NCBI GenBank assembly: GCA_965223705.1
Contig: OZ245015.1
Coordinates: forward strand, 3,616,001-3,680,000
Direction: 5' to 3'
Origin: Myxococcota bacterium
Lineage (GTDB): Bacteria > Myxococcota_A > UBA9160 > UBA6930
DNA: 64,000 nt
Each line of letters opens with the position of its first letter. Position 1 is the stretch's first letter. Under the pieces are notes generated by a model, which worked only from the letters and a program-made list of their open reading frames with translations, was not told where the DNA came from and searched no databases. The translations under genes were made by a program, and so were the position numbers. Of the stretch, positions 1 through 12,128 are shown one piece after another.

Positions 1-713
1 TCAACGACGACGGCACCCTCACGCTCTCGGTCCACGCGCTGCTGGTCGAATCCGCCGGGCGGAAGATCATCGTCGACACCTGCGTGGGCGAGAAACCGAT
101 CGAGGGCTTCGAGATCCTGAACCCCGCGTCCTACGACTTCCTCGATCGCCTCGCCGCGGCGGGCTTCCCCCGCGAGAGCATCGACACCGTGCTTTGCACC
201 CACCTGCACTTCGACCACGTCGGGTGGAACACGATGCGCGAGGGCGACGGCTGGGTGCCCACCTTCCCGAACGCCCGCTACCTCTTCGCTCGCGCCGAGT
301 GGGACCACTGGCACAGCGAAGAGGACGCCCCGTTCACCTCGACCCTTGCCGAAACGGTGACCTGTGTGATCGACGCCGGGCTCGCCGACCTCGTCGAGAC
401 CGACCACAAGCTCACCGACGAGGTGCGGCTCGAGGCGACTCCGGGCCACACCCCGGGCCACGTCTCGGTGCACATTGAGTCGGGCGGCGAGCACGCTGTG
501 ATCACCGGCGACATGACGCACCACCCGGTGCAGTGGGCCGAGCCCACCTGGGGCATCTCCGCCGACGTCGACCCGGCGCGCGCCGCCGACACACGACGCC
601 GTCTCGCCCGCGAGCACGCCGACTCTGGCACGCTCGTGATCGGCACCCACTACCCGACGCCGACGGCGGGCCACCTTCGCACGCGGAACGGGGGTTGTCG
701 CTTCGAGGTTTAA
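1..713 (+). CDS. MBL-fold metallo-hydrolase (5' end outside window)
   Basis: THLHFDHVG (HxHxDH), TPGHTPGH and GD..HH motifs; frame open back to the window edge. Confidence 0.9.
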   Translation, partial: NDDGTLTLSVHALLVESAGRKIIVDTCVGEKPIEGFEILNPASYDFLDRLAAAGFPRESIDTVLCTHLHFDHVGWNTMREGDGWVPTFPNARYLFARAEWDHWHSEEDAPFTSTLAETVTCVIDAGLADLVETDHKLTDEVRLEATPGHTPGHVSVHIESGGEHAVITGDMTHHPVQWAEPTWGISADVDPARAADTRRRLAREHADSGTLVIGTHYPTPTAGHLRTRNGGCRFEV

Positions 714-715
714 GC

Positions 716-745
716 GTTAGCGGTGGAGGCGGCGAGAATCGAACC
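716..745 (-). mobile_element. att-site copy 1: degenerate tmRNA 3'-end fragment
   Basis: Minus strand GGTTCGATTCTCGCCGCCTCCACCG, 2 mismatches to the other copies. Confidence 0.8.
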
Positions 746-941
746 TGGCACCCACCGCCGAGAAGCCCTGTGTTTCTGGCGCGTAGCCGTTTCCAAGTGT
801 GACCTCGGGCGCTCCGGACGAAGAGGGAAGAGCCAGGTGTCCGACTTTTGGACGTGTCGCGCGGTTGTCAGGCGAAGGCGCGCCTCACTTGCGCACCTGA
901 AACGCCCACACTTATTGGGCGCCGGCCAGGGATTGGCTGAT

Positions 942-4058
<3,117 letters not shown>

Positions 4059-4982
4059 CTAGTGGTCATGAGAGGCGCCGGCTTTCTCGATGTCGGCCTT
4101 CACGACAAAGCTGTTCTTCGTCACGTACCGGGTCCCGGGCTCGAGACCTCCAAGCACTTCGACCCACTCCGCGGAACGCCGCCCGAGATCGAGCATGCGA
4201 ACCTCGTATTCCTCCCCCACTTGGGCGTATACGACCGTGAACTCGCGAAACTTCTGAAGGCCTTCCCGCCGCACGGCGAGCGGAACCTCGTGTTCGGCTA
4301 TGGTGATTCGGGCCGTGGCGAAAACCCCCGGAACGAGGACACCGTTCGGGTTATCCAGCACCGCGCGAGCAATGACGGATTGGTCTGGCTGGGCGACGAC
4401 GTCAATAGCCGAGATCGTTCCCGCTGCTCCCTGCCCACCTCCGGTCAGCGTGACCACGACGGGATTTCCGACGTGTACGCGCGCCCGATCTTTCGGGAAC
4501 AGAAAGAGCTCTGCCCACACCGAAGACGTATTCGTCAACGTCATCAGCAAACGATCGCTCGTATGCTCCCCGGGGTTAGCGTCTCGCTGTGTCACGACGC
4601 CGGCTATGGGAGCGACCACGTTGTATCGATTGAGGCTTCGGTCGCTCTCGATCGTCAGGAGTGTGTCGCCCTTCGACACGCGGTCCCCGATCTCAGCGTG
4701 CACAGCCCGAACGACACCCCCGAAGCGCGCGCGCAGTTCCCTGACCTGCTCGCGGTTGGGCACGATTTTCCCGTAGACCTCGACCGCGTCCGGAATGACC
4801 GCTCCACCCGCGATCTCCGTTTCGATACCGAGCGCCTCGGCGACGTCTCGAGCGATTCGCGTTCGGCCTTCGAAGTCTTCGTGCTGACCATGGGCGTGAT
4901 CGTGATCGGCGTGCTCCCCGATCTCTCCGGTTTCACCGCAGGCCATCGCGAGTGCGGCGACGAAACTGATGAACCACCTCAT
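4059..4982 (-). CDS. czcB: RND periplasmic adaptor, CzcB-like
   Basis: Lipoprotein-like signal, His-rich N-terminus, APIAGVV motif; lies between czcC and czcA. Confidence 0.88.
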   Translation of the reverse strand: MRWFISFVAALAMACGETGEIGEHADHDHAHGQHEDFEGRTRIARDVAEALGIETEIAGGAVIPDAVEVYGKIVPNREQVRELRARFGGVVRAVHAEIGDRVSKGDTLLTIESDRSLNRYNVVAPIAGVVTQRDANPGEHTSDRLLMTLTNTSSVWAELFLFPKDRARVHVGNPVVVTLTGGGQGAAGTISAIDVVAQPDQSVIARAVLDNPNGVLVPGVFATARITIAEHEVPLAVRREGLQKFREFTVVYAQVGEEYEVRMLDLGRRSAEWVEVLGGLEPGTRYVTKNSFVVKADIEKAGASHDH

Positions 4983-6217
4983 GACGCGGCGACCCCTTGC
5001 CCGGTAAGGCGTTCTAGGGTGATCACGAGTCGATGTGCCGCCGCGCTCGCTGCGATGAGTTCTGTTTCGGCTTCGAGAAGATCGACCCGGACGGCCCGCC
5101 AGTCCGAGTAGCTGTAGCGACCCTGCTCGTAGCCACGGAGGGTTTCGTCCAGTGCGCGAGCGAGCCGCGGAATGACTTCCTCTCGCAGTGTTTCTGCGCG
5201 ATGAATGTGATGCTCGAGCTCTTCGTAGGCTTGAAACAGTGTTGTGCTCGTCTTGACACGCGCGGCTTCTGCTTCAGCCTGGGTTCGTGCGATGGCCGAG
5301 CGCGACGCCGCGATTTCACCCTGGTTCCGATTGAAAACCGGCAATGGAACGCTGACTTCGGCGACGAACGCCACGTCATCGGTGGCCTCGCTACGGCGAA
5401 TCCCGAGCCGCGGCTTGAACTTTGGCCAGCGCTGCGCGTGGGCGAGTTGCAGATTCGCCTTGGCTACGCGCTCTGCTGAGAGCAGGCGCACCACCTGCGG
5501 ACCCCGATCGACCCGCGCCAGAAATGCGTCGAAGGGCTGAGGCGTGGGAACGCGAAGGATGCTCCCATCAGCCCGATCGAACGCGGGCTTCACCTTCCCC
5601 CATTGGGCGGCGAGACGACGACGCGCGATCTCGAGTTCGTGTACGACATCATCTCGAGCCAACTGAACCTTGGCGAGCTCCGCCTCCGCGCGTGCGAGTT
5701 CCGCCCTGGGTGTTCTTCCCGCTCGCACGCGTCGGCGCACCGCGGCGACAGCTTCTTCGGAATAGGTGACTGCTTCCGAAGCCTTTTCGAGATGCTCTTG
5801 CTCCTCGAGATTCGTGATGAACCGCTCTGCCGTTTCCCCGGCCACCTCGAGCCGGAGAATCGTCGCCTCGGAAACGAGGAGCGATGAGCGCGCTTCGGCC
5901 GCTGCGACCCGCTTTCGACGAATCGAGCGCTCGAGTACCCATCCGAGACTGATTGTGGTTTGCGCGCGGTCGAAACCCGAGAACGAGTCGGTCCCGGCGA
6001 AATCTTCGACTTCGAGATTGAGTTCTGGATTGGGAAGCAGCCCGGACTGTGCGACCCGAGCAGACTGTTCTCTCAGGCGATGTTCGAACGCTGCGAGTTC
6101 CGGGTTGTGAGAAACTGCTCGCTCGAGGGCTTCATCCAGTGCAAGGGCGTGTCCTGTCTCAGGGAAAAGCGCTAAGGCGATCGCAACCCAACGGATCGAC
6201 GAAACTTTGGAAAGCAT
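4979..6217 (-). CDS. czcC: TolC-family outer-membrane factor, CzcC-like
   Basis: LLPNPEL and VPLPVFNRNQG motifs; overlaps czcB start. Confidence 0.88.
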   Translation of the reverse strand: MLSKVSSIRWVAIALALFPETGHALALDEALERAVSHNPELAAFEHRLREQSARVAQSGLLPNPELNLEVEDFAGTDSFSGFDRAQTTISLGWVLERSIRRKRVAAAEARSSLLVSEATILRLEVAGETAERFITNLEEQEHLEKASEAVTYSEEAVAAVRRRVRAGRTPRAELARAEAELAKVQLARDDVVHELEIARRRLAAQWGKVKPAFDRADGSILRVPTPQPFDAFLARVDRGPQVVRLLSAERVAKANLQLAHAQRWPKFKPRLGIRRSEATDDVAFVAEVSVPLPVFNRNQGEIAASRSAIARTQAEAEAARVKTSTTLFQAYEELEHHIHRAETLREEVIPRLARALDETLRGYEQGRYSYSDWRAVRVDLLEAETELIAASAAAHRLVITLERLTGQGVAAS

Positions 6218-6316
6218 GGTTCATTCCTGGAAGATGCTCGCTGCTGCGAGCGAAAACTCGTAGCTGCGTCTTTACGCGGTGCCGCGCGAAGCACGCGACA
6301 CGCCAGCTCACATCAA

Positions 6317-6742
6317 CTAGGAATTCGGCGGGGCCCTTGGGCCGGAGACCGCACCGCGGTCGGTACTACGGAGAGACGGCCCCACGGCGGGGATCCATGA
6401 CGGGGATGTCTTTGAGAGACTGGGCTCGACGGAGACCGAATACGCCGGAGCGAAGTCAGTTATCGGGCTCTTTGCAATCGCGAGCGTGAGCGGAGAGTCC
6501 GGGTGCATATGGTCGTGACCATGCTTCGCGGCACATCGCTCTCGATCGTGTAGCTCTAGCTCGTGAAAACTCTCGTGTGCGTGGTGTAGATGGTGGAGCG
6601 CGTGACTGACATCCCAGAAGCCGGACATCATCCATGCGACAACCAGAAGGAAAGCCGAGCCCCGCCGCCGAGGTTCACGCTCCAACCCTCGTCGGTGTCG
6701 CGTCACTTCCATTGCTTCACTTACTCTAGTCGGCCTCCGCAA
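6317..6742 (-). CDS. His-rich small protein with C-terminal RAPP motif (CzcI/DUF2946-like leader)
   Basis: Hydrophobic segment, His clusters, ends GPRAPPNS directly upstream of czcC; start uncertain. Confidence 0.65.
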   Translation of the reverse strand: MRRPTRVSEAMEVTRHRRGLEREPRRRGSAFLLVVAWMMSGFWDVSHALHHLHHAHESFHELELHDRERCAAKHGHDHMHPDSPLTLAIAKSPITDFAPAYSVSVEPSLSKTSPSWIPAVGPSLRSTDRGAVSGPRAPPNS

Positions 6743-7242
6743 CTCCTACCAATGAGCCGCCGCGCGAGGATCTCGTCAGGCTATCGACCCGAGGAGCAGT
6801 CCGCTTGAGGCCGTTCCAAGGAGTCCTTGTGCTGGTGTGGACTGTCATCGCATGGACTGGATGGCCGAGCGGTGGTTACCGCCCGGAGCAAACACCCCCG
6901 ACGGAGTTTTCCCTTTCGCATCCACTCGAGTTGGCCAGACACTTACCGAGGCAGAATGGAATGTGTTCATTTCCGTTCCGTCTCTGAGGTCGCGCATCCT
7001 GCTGCCTCCACCGGGATCAACCGGCCTGCGCATCCGCAGCCATCCTTTCGCTCCAGGAAAAATAGAGGGAAGTCACCTGTGTACCGGACTTCATCTGGAG
7101 CCTTCTGCCGCATCAGGCAGCTTCGTCGGGGCTCTGAACCCGCTGATGGGACTATTGCGTCGATCAGGGTGTCGAGCGAAGAGGAAACACATTTGTGAGT
7201 CCCGGCGCTCTTCGAGTTCGGAAGCCTCAAAAACTCCGGACA

Positions 7243-7272
7243 GTTAGTGGTGGAGGCGGCGGGAATCGAACC
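7243..7272 (-). mobile_element. att-site copy 2: tmRNA 3'-end fragment
   Basis: Minus strand GGTTCGATTCCCGCCGCCTCCACCA-CTAAC; TGTGAGTCCC arm-like motif at 7194-7203. Confidence 0.88.
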
Positions 7273-7398
7273 TGTCGCAAGGCGGGCAAGAAGCCAACGA
7301 AATCGGGCACTTCCAAGTCCGGATCGGCGCTCGGATTGGGCGCTGGAGAGGACGACGAAGTGCCACCCGGGCGATGCCAGCGTACCCGGTCTTCTGTA

Positions 7399-7420
7399 GT
7401 ATTACTTCCCGAGGTAATAC
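7399..7420. promoter_or_regulatory. Palindromic operator of the toxin-antitoxin operon
   Basis: GTATTAC-N8-GTAATAC immediately before the antitoxin ATG. Confidence 0.65.
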
Positions 7421-7421
7421 C

Positions 7422-7652
7422 ATGAAGATCACCACCAAGGGACAGGTGACCATCCCCGTCGAGATCCGCGAGAAGCTCGGACTGCTGCCCAACACCGAGG
7501 TCGAGTTCGAGATCGTCGGCAAGGCCGTCCGGATGCGGAAGGTCCGGCGTGCGGGGCGCCGCGGGAAATCCATCGTCGAGCGACTGCGTGGCCGCGGATC
7601 CGTTCGCATGAGCACGGACGAGATCCTGGCGCTGACCCGGGGCGATCGCTGA
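7422..7652 (+). CDS. vapB: AbrB/MazE/SpoVT-family antitoxin (VapB)
   Basis: MKITTKGQVTIPVEIREKLGL AbrB signature; adjacent PIN toxin. Confidence 0.9.
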   Translation: MKITTKGQVTIPVEIREKLGLLPNTEVEFEIVGKAVRMRKVRRAGRRGKSIVERLRGRGSVRMSTDEILALTRGDR

Positions 7653-8050
7653 CCGTCCTCGTCGACAGCAACGTCCTGCTCGACATCATGACCGAGGATC
7701 CGGAATGGTCCTCCTGGTCCGGGGAGACCCTCGCCGAGTGCGCGGAGAGCTCGTCGCTCGCGATCAATCCGCTCATCTATGCCGAGGTGTCGATCCGGTT
7801 CGAGCGGATCGAGGAGCTCCAGGACGCCCTTTCCGAGGACGACTTCCTCCGACTCCCCCTGCCCTGGGAGGCCGCCTTCCTGGCCGGGAAGTGCTTCGTA
7901 CGATATCGGCGTCGACGCGGCCCGCGGAGATCTCCCCTGCCCGACTTCTACATCGGCGCCCACGCGGCCGTCGCAGGACTGACCCTGGTTACCCGGGATG
8001 CGACGCGTTACCGCACGTACTTCCCCGGACTCGAGATCATCGCTCCTTAG
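7649..8050 (+). CDS. vapC: PIN-domain toxin VapC
   Basis: VLVDSNVLLD, YAEVS, PDFYIGAHA and TRD motifs; apparent CTG start overlapping the antitoxin TGA. Confidence 0.88.
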   Translation: MTVLVDSNVLLDIMTEDPEWSSWSGETLAECAESSSLAINPLIYAEVSIRFERIEELQDALSEDDFLRLPLPWEAAFLAGKCFVRYRRRRGPRRSPLPDFYIGAHAAVAGLTLVTRDATRYRTYFPGLEIIAP

Positions 8051-8188
8051 GGAGCTGAGGCCGAATGCCTCCTGAACTGGCGAAGACGAAGTCCGCATAC
8101 AATGCGGGGGCCTCCCGGCGCGGTGTGAGCGGCAGCCGGGTTATGCGCGAGGCCCTGGAGAACTTGGAGCCAAAGCGGAGGGCGGCTT

Positions 8189-8320
8189 GGAAGAAGCCCT
8201 AAGCAGTACGACCAATGCGAATCGAGCAGGAGTTTCCTGCTTTCCGCAGAAACCTTCGAAACAACGTCGGGTTAGGGGCCAAGGAGCGCTTGCGTTGCGC
8301 ACCTGGAAGGCCTGCACTTC
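8189..8320 (+). repeat. Divergent copy of the junction hairpin repeat family
   Basis: Aligns by eye to 32849-32945 (AGCAG..CCTGCT...GCGCACC..GAAG.GCCTGCACTT); its 5' part recurs at 14699-14742. Confidence 0.6.
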
Positions 8321-8390
8321 CACGCCGCGGGTTCGATTAGCACAGAGTACAGACCCTTTTCGGGTCCAAAGACCCCATTTATTCCAGATA

Positions 8391-8421
8391 GTTAGTGGTG
8401 GAGGCGGCGGGAATCGAACCC
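8391..8421 (-). mobile_element. att-site copy 3: tmRNA 3'-end fragment
   Basis: GTTAGTGGTGGAGGCGGCGGGAATCGAACCC on + strand. Confidence 0.88.
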
Positions 8422-8579
8422 GGCTCCGGGCCGCCTAACGCCTCGAAAGACAACGAGACCGACGAGTGAACGCTTGTCGCCAGGTTGTCGCCGAAGCGTG
8501 CCTGGCCGCGTCCCTGGGGGCCAAAAAGAGAGCAGGCATTCGACCGAGCGCATCCACGGGGTGAGCCAAGGGGACCTGC

Positions 8580-8846
8580 TCAACGGTCGTTGGGCGGATT
8601 TCCACCGGACAGGCGCGTACGCGCGAGCTCCACCTGAACCTCGAGGAGCTCCTCGGTGGGAATCACTGCATGGACGATGTTCTGGAGCTGCACACGAGCA
8701 TATGAAGCTTCGCGAGTATCGGCGTGTGAAGCGACGAGCTCCGCGTAGAGCCGGAGCGCCAGTGCCAGGTCACGTTCCCGATAGTGCGATGCATACGCCG
8801 TGGCGTACTGGCGAGCCGCTTCCGCAGGGCGCAGGTCGTCACTCAT
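8580..8846 (-). CDS. Hypothetical helical (TPR-like) protein
   Basis: 88-aa ORF with ATG start and TPR-like YA..Y..H pattern. Confidence 0.45.
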   Translation of the reverse strand: MSDDLRPAEAARQYATAYASHYRERDLALALRLYAELVASHADTREASYARVQLQNIVHAVIPTEELLEVQVELARTRLSGGNPPNDR

Positions 8847-8903
8847 CCCGGTTGCGCTTCGCTGTGTGGCCGGACGGAGTCGAGCGACCGGCGTCGCGGT
8901 TTC

Positions 8904-9401
8904 TCACGACGGGGCACGGGAGCGAAGGAACGCCAGGTACTTGAGGAGTTCTTCCTCCTCCTCCGCGGTCAGATCGTCGATCGCGAACACCGCGAGCCGC
9001 CGGCGGCGGCGGCCTCCCCCCTCTTGGGGCGGCAGCAGGTAGCCAGCCTTCTCCATCAGCGTCTCGTAGGACACGGCGTAGACCCCGGACAGGCTGTGGA
9101 GGACGTGGGGTGAGGGCTTCTGGATCTTCCCGTTCTCGAGCTGGCTCAGGTAGGCGTTCGAGACCGCCTTGTCCGTGGCTTCCTCGACGTCGCGGAGCGA
9201 GAGCCCCTTGGCCCTGCGCAGATCCGCCAAGAGCACTCCGAGCTCGCTCGGTTGCCCAACGAACTCGGAACGTCTGCGCCGCGAACGCTTTCTGCCCTCT
9301 GTCACGAGTCCCAAGATCGCCTCACCTGCTTGGTCAGGCAAGCAGTTTGCTCGACCGCTTGACATGTTTAGCGAATTCAGTACAATTAGCAAGCCATACA
9401 A
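8904..9401 (-). CDS. XRE-family HTH regulator (true start probably downstream of 9401)
   Basis: LRRAKGLSLRDVEE..VSNAYLSQLENGK..PS HTH_3 pattern. Confidence 0.8.
   Translation of the reverse strand: MYGLLIVLNSLNMSSGRANCLPDQAGEAILGLVTEGRKRSRRRRSEFVGQPSELGVLLADLRRAKGLSLRDVEEATDKAVSNAYLSQLENGKIQKPSPHVLHSLSGVYAVSYETLMEKAGYLLPPQEGGGRRRRRLAVFAIDDLTAEEEEELLKYLAFLRSRAPS
9359..9386 (+). promoter_or_regulatory. sigma-70-type promoter
   Basis: TTGACA-N16-TACAAT upstream of the 9414 ORF. Confidence 0.55.
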
Positions 9402-9413
9402 CCTACTCTGGCG

Positions 9414-9998
9414 ATGAAGCCATCAGGGGGGACCATGCAAGGAACCGAAGAGCGGAACGGGTCGGACGAGGCCACGGGGCTCGTCAGCTGCTTCTGGTGC
9501 GAGCAACTGCACCAGGGGGAACATCCGCTTTCCGTCTGCTCTACGTGCCGGACCAGGCTCGCGACGCTGGGATCGCTCGGCATGAGCGGATCGTACCCCC
9601 TGAACGACGAGGCGATCGACGCGGCCCTGACCCAGAAGTCCCCGGGCAACTACGCCCTCGGGTACCTGGATGACGATGCGTTCGTGGTGTTCTACGTCGG
9701 GCGCTCGGCATCGGACGTGAGACGGCGCCTCCACGAATGGGTCGGAATGCCGAGCCGGTTCGAGAGATACGCTCCCCAGGCGAAAACGTCGTGGGACGTA
9801 CGCCGCCGCGGGAGCGCTCCCATCACCACCCCGGCGCTCGGGACCGTGACGAACGCCGACACCGGCTACACGCGTTTCGCCTTCAGCTACGCGGCTTCCG
9901 CCGAGGCCGCGTTCGAGAGGGAGTGTCGCAACTACGACGATTTCGGCGGCAGCCGGGCGCTCGACAACGAGGCGCCTCCGACTCCTGCTCACCTCTAG
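9414..9998 (+). CDS. Hypothetical protein, CxxC..CxxC plus GIY-YIG-like region
   Basis: GNYALGY...FYVGRS.SDVRRRL resembles the GIY-YIG core. Confidence 0.6.
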   Translation: MKPSGGTMQGTEERNGSDEATGLVSCFWCEQLHQGEHPLSVCSTCRTRLATLGSLGMSGSYPLNDEAIDAALTQKSPGNYALGYLDDDAFVVFYVGRSASDVRRRLHEWVGMPSRFERYAPQAKTSWDVRRRGSAPITTPALGTVTNADTGYTRFAFSYAASAEAAFERECRNYDDFGGSRALDNEAPPTPAHL

Positions 9999-10063
9999 AG
10001 AAGCCAGCTGCCCACCATCACGCAATCCACTGGAGCCCGAAGGCGGCGCTGCCGAAGGCCCGC

Positions 10064-10500
10064 ATGAGCTCGTACCTGTCCCTGTCCGGCTTGGACTCCG
10101 CGTTCCTTTCGTTGGAGACGCGGACTACGCCGATGAACATCCTGGGGACGTTTGTGCTCGATGCCTCCTGCACGAGCGGGTACTCGTACGAGCGATTGCT
10201 GGAGCGCGTCGAGACCCGTCCGCCCACGCTGGCCCCCCTCCGACGCCGGATGATTCGCATGCCGCTCCGTCTCGACCATTCGATCCGGATCGACGATCCC
10301 GAGTTCGACGTTCGACGCCACGTCCAGAGACTGCGTGCCCCCGCTCCGGGCTCGGACCGCGTCCTCGCTGATCTGGTGGCCCGGGTCGCCTCGCAGCGCC
10401 TCGATCGAGCTCGTCCCCTCTGGCAGCTGTGGGAGATCGGAGGTTTGACCGAGGCTCGGGGCGCCCTCGTCTTCAAGCTTCACCACGCGGTGGGGCAGCA
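10064..10500 (+). pseudogene. Wax ester synthase/DGAT N-terminal fragment
   Basis: LSGLDSAFLSLET..TPM, LDRARPLW, KLHHA; breaks off at the HHxxxDG motif. Confidence 0.8.
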
Positions 10501-10646
10501 GCACGCTCGCCTGGGCGTCGCGGCTCTCGGAGAGTGGGCCGAGTTCACGTCCAGCGGGTTCCTCGGAAGCGCCGCGCGCTTATCGCCACGCAGGACTTCC
10601 CGGCCCTGCGATAGCCGCGCTCGATTGGGAATGCAACCGCGGGTTC

Positions 10647-10868
10647 GTGAAGCGTGACGCCGGGTGCGTTGCCGTCGACGTACCCGCGAACGGCTACCTC
10701 GCGTCTTCGGGACGCGGCTGGGAATGCGATCGTGGCTTCAAGAAGACGGACGATGCGTGCATGGCCCTCGAGCCGCCGGCCAATGCGCATATCACCCATT
10801 CGGGAAACGGGTGGCCCGGCTACCGGCAGGAGGGAGACGTGTGCAACAAGAACGCCCGACGGAGGTAG
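10647..10868 (+). pseudogene. Fragment of a Cys-rich repeat protein
   Basis: Repeated C..VPANG/PPANA...GW.CDRGF units. Confidence 0.45.
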
Positions 10869-10873
10869 CTGCG

Positions 10874-11347
10874 ATGTCGGATTTCTCCTTTCTGGCCCCG
10901 GCACCGGGCAAGGTCCGGATCTTCGTGAGCTACGACTGCGAGCACGACGAGGACCTGATGGATCGACTCGTCGAAGAGGTATCGGAGTCGACCTCCGGAC
11001 TCGAGATCTCGGGCCGATCGACGATGCCGCATCGAACCGCGCACCTCACGGATCTCTGGGATGAAGGGCTGCGACGCTCGATCCGGAAGGTGGACCAGGT
11101 CGTCGTCCTCTGCGGCGAGCACACCGAGCTCTCGAGCTGCGTGGCGGCCGAGCTTCGCATCGCCCAGGAGGAGGAGCGGCCCTACGTGCTCCTCTGGGGC
11201 CGGCGCGAGCCCATGTGCACGAGGCCCTCGACCGCGAAGCCCGGGGACGGCATGTACAGCTGGACCCCCGAGATCCTCCAGAGCCAGATCCTCATGCACC
11301 GCCGCGCCGCCGCGGGGCCGAAGAAGCGCGACGGCAAGAACGCGTGA
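10874..11347 (+). CDS. TIR-like domain protein (MTH538/DUF1863, ThsB-like)
   Basis: RIFVSYD.EHDEDL, VVVLCGEHT, VAAELRIA (putative catalytic Glu); GGAGG RBS. Confidence 0.75.
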   Translation: MSDFSFLAPAPGKVRIFVSYDCEHDEDLMDRLVEEVSESTSGLEISGRSTMPHRTAHLTDLWDEGLRRSIRKVDQVVVLCGEHTELSSCVAAELRIAQEEERPYVLLWGRREPMCTRPSTAKPGDGMYSWTPEILQSQILMHRRAAAGPKKRDGKNA

Positions 11348-12078
11348 TGATCGAGTCCATTCTCCTCAGCACGGTGCCGATCGCGACGTACACCGGCCGC
11401 CAGCCTCTGACCAACGCCACCGGCTTCTTCTTCGAGCGCGACACAAGGACGTTCCTGGTCACGAGCCGCCACGTCGTCGTGGATGCAGCGAGCAGCCACT
11501 ACCCGGACCGGCTGGAGATCGAGATTCACACCGACCTCGAGAACGTCGCCAAGACGACGGGCTTCTCCATCCCCCTCTACCGCGACCGCCGGAGCCTCTG
11601 GCGTCAGGCCCGGGATGGGGCGGGCGGAGTCGACGTGGCAACGATCGAGATCGATCGATCCGCGCTGCCCGAGACGGCCGCGTTCCGGTCCTTCACGCCG
11701 GACCACCTGCTCCCGGGGGACGAGCGCGTCGAGATCGGGACTCCGGTCCTGATCCTGGGCTTTCCACTCGGCTTCCACGACGCCCTCCACCGCATCCCGG
11801 TGGCGCGCCAGGCGATCGTTGCGTCGTCGTTCGGCCTGCGCTTCCAGGGCGAGGGGTACTTCCTGACCGATGCGCGGACCCATCGCGGCAGCAGTGGCTC
11901 GCCGGTGGTGATGCGTACGGCGCAGCCCCAAGTGGACGACCCCGCCCTTCCCTGGAGGCTCCTCGGCGTGCATTCCGCGCGGCTCGATGTGGGCGGACGG
12001 GAATTGAACGAGGACGAGGCGCTTGGGTTGAACTGTGCGTGGTACGCGGACATCCTGTTGACCCTGACCGAAGATTGA
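11344..12078 (+). CDS. Trypsin-like serine peptidase
   Basis: ATGFF, VTSRHV, DVA and GSSGSPV triad motifs; GTGA overlap with the TIR stop. Confidence 0.85.
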   Translation: MMIESILLSTVPIATYTGRQPLTNATGFFFERDTRTFLVTSRHVVVDAASSHYPDRLEIEIHTDLENVAKTTGFSIPLYRDRRSLWRQARDGAGGVDVATIEIDRSALPETAAFRSFTPDHLLPGDERVEIGTPVLILGFPLGFHDALHRIPVARQAIVASSFGLRFQGEGYFLTDARTHRGSSGSPVVMRTAQPQVDDPALPWRLLGVHSARLDVGGRELNEDEALGLNCAWYADILLTLTED

Positions 12079-12128
12079 GCCCTGAAGCCCGTGAGGATCG
12101 GCCGGGCGGGTCCCCTACTCTTCCGACC

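Noticed and set aside
11061..12128. 1114-aa N-terminally extended RNase R
   Set aside because: The extension is a GC-rich shadow frame over the TIR and protease genes; RNase R similarity starts at 12129
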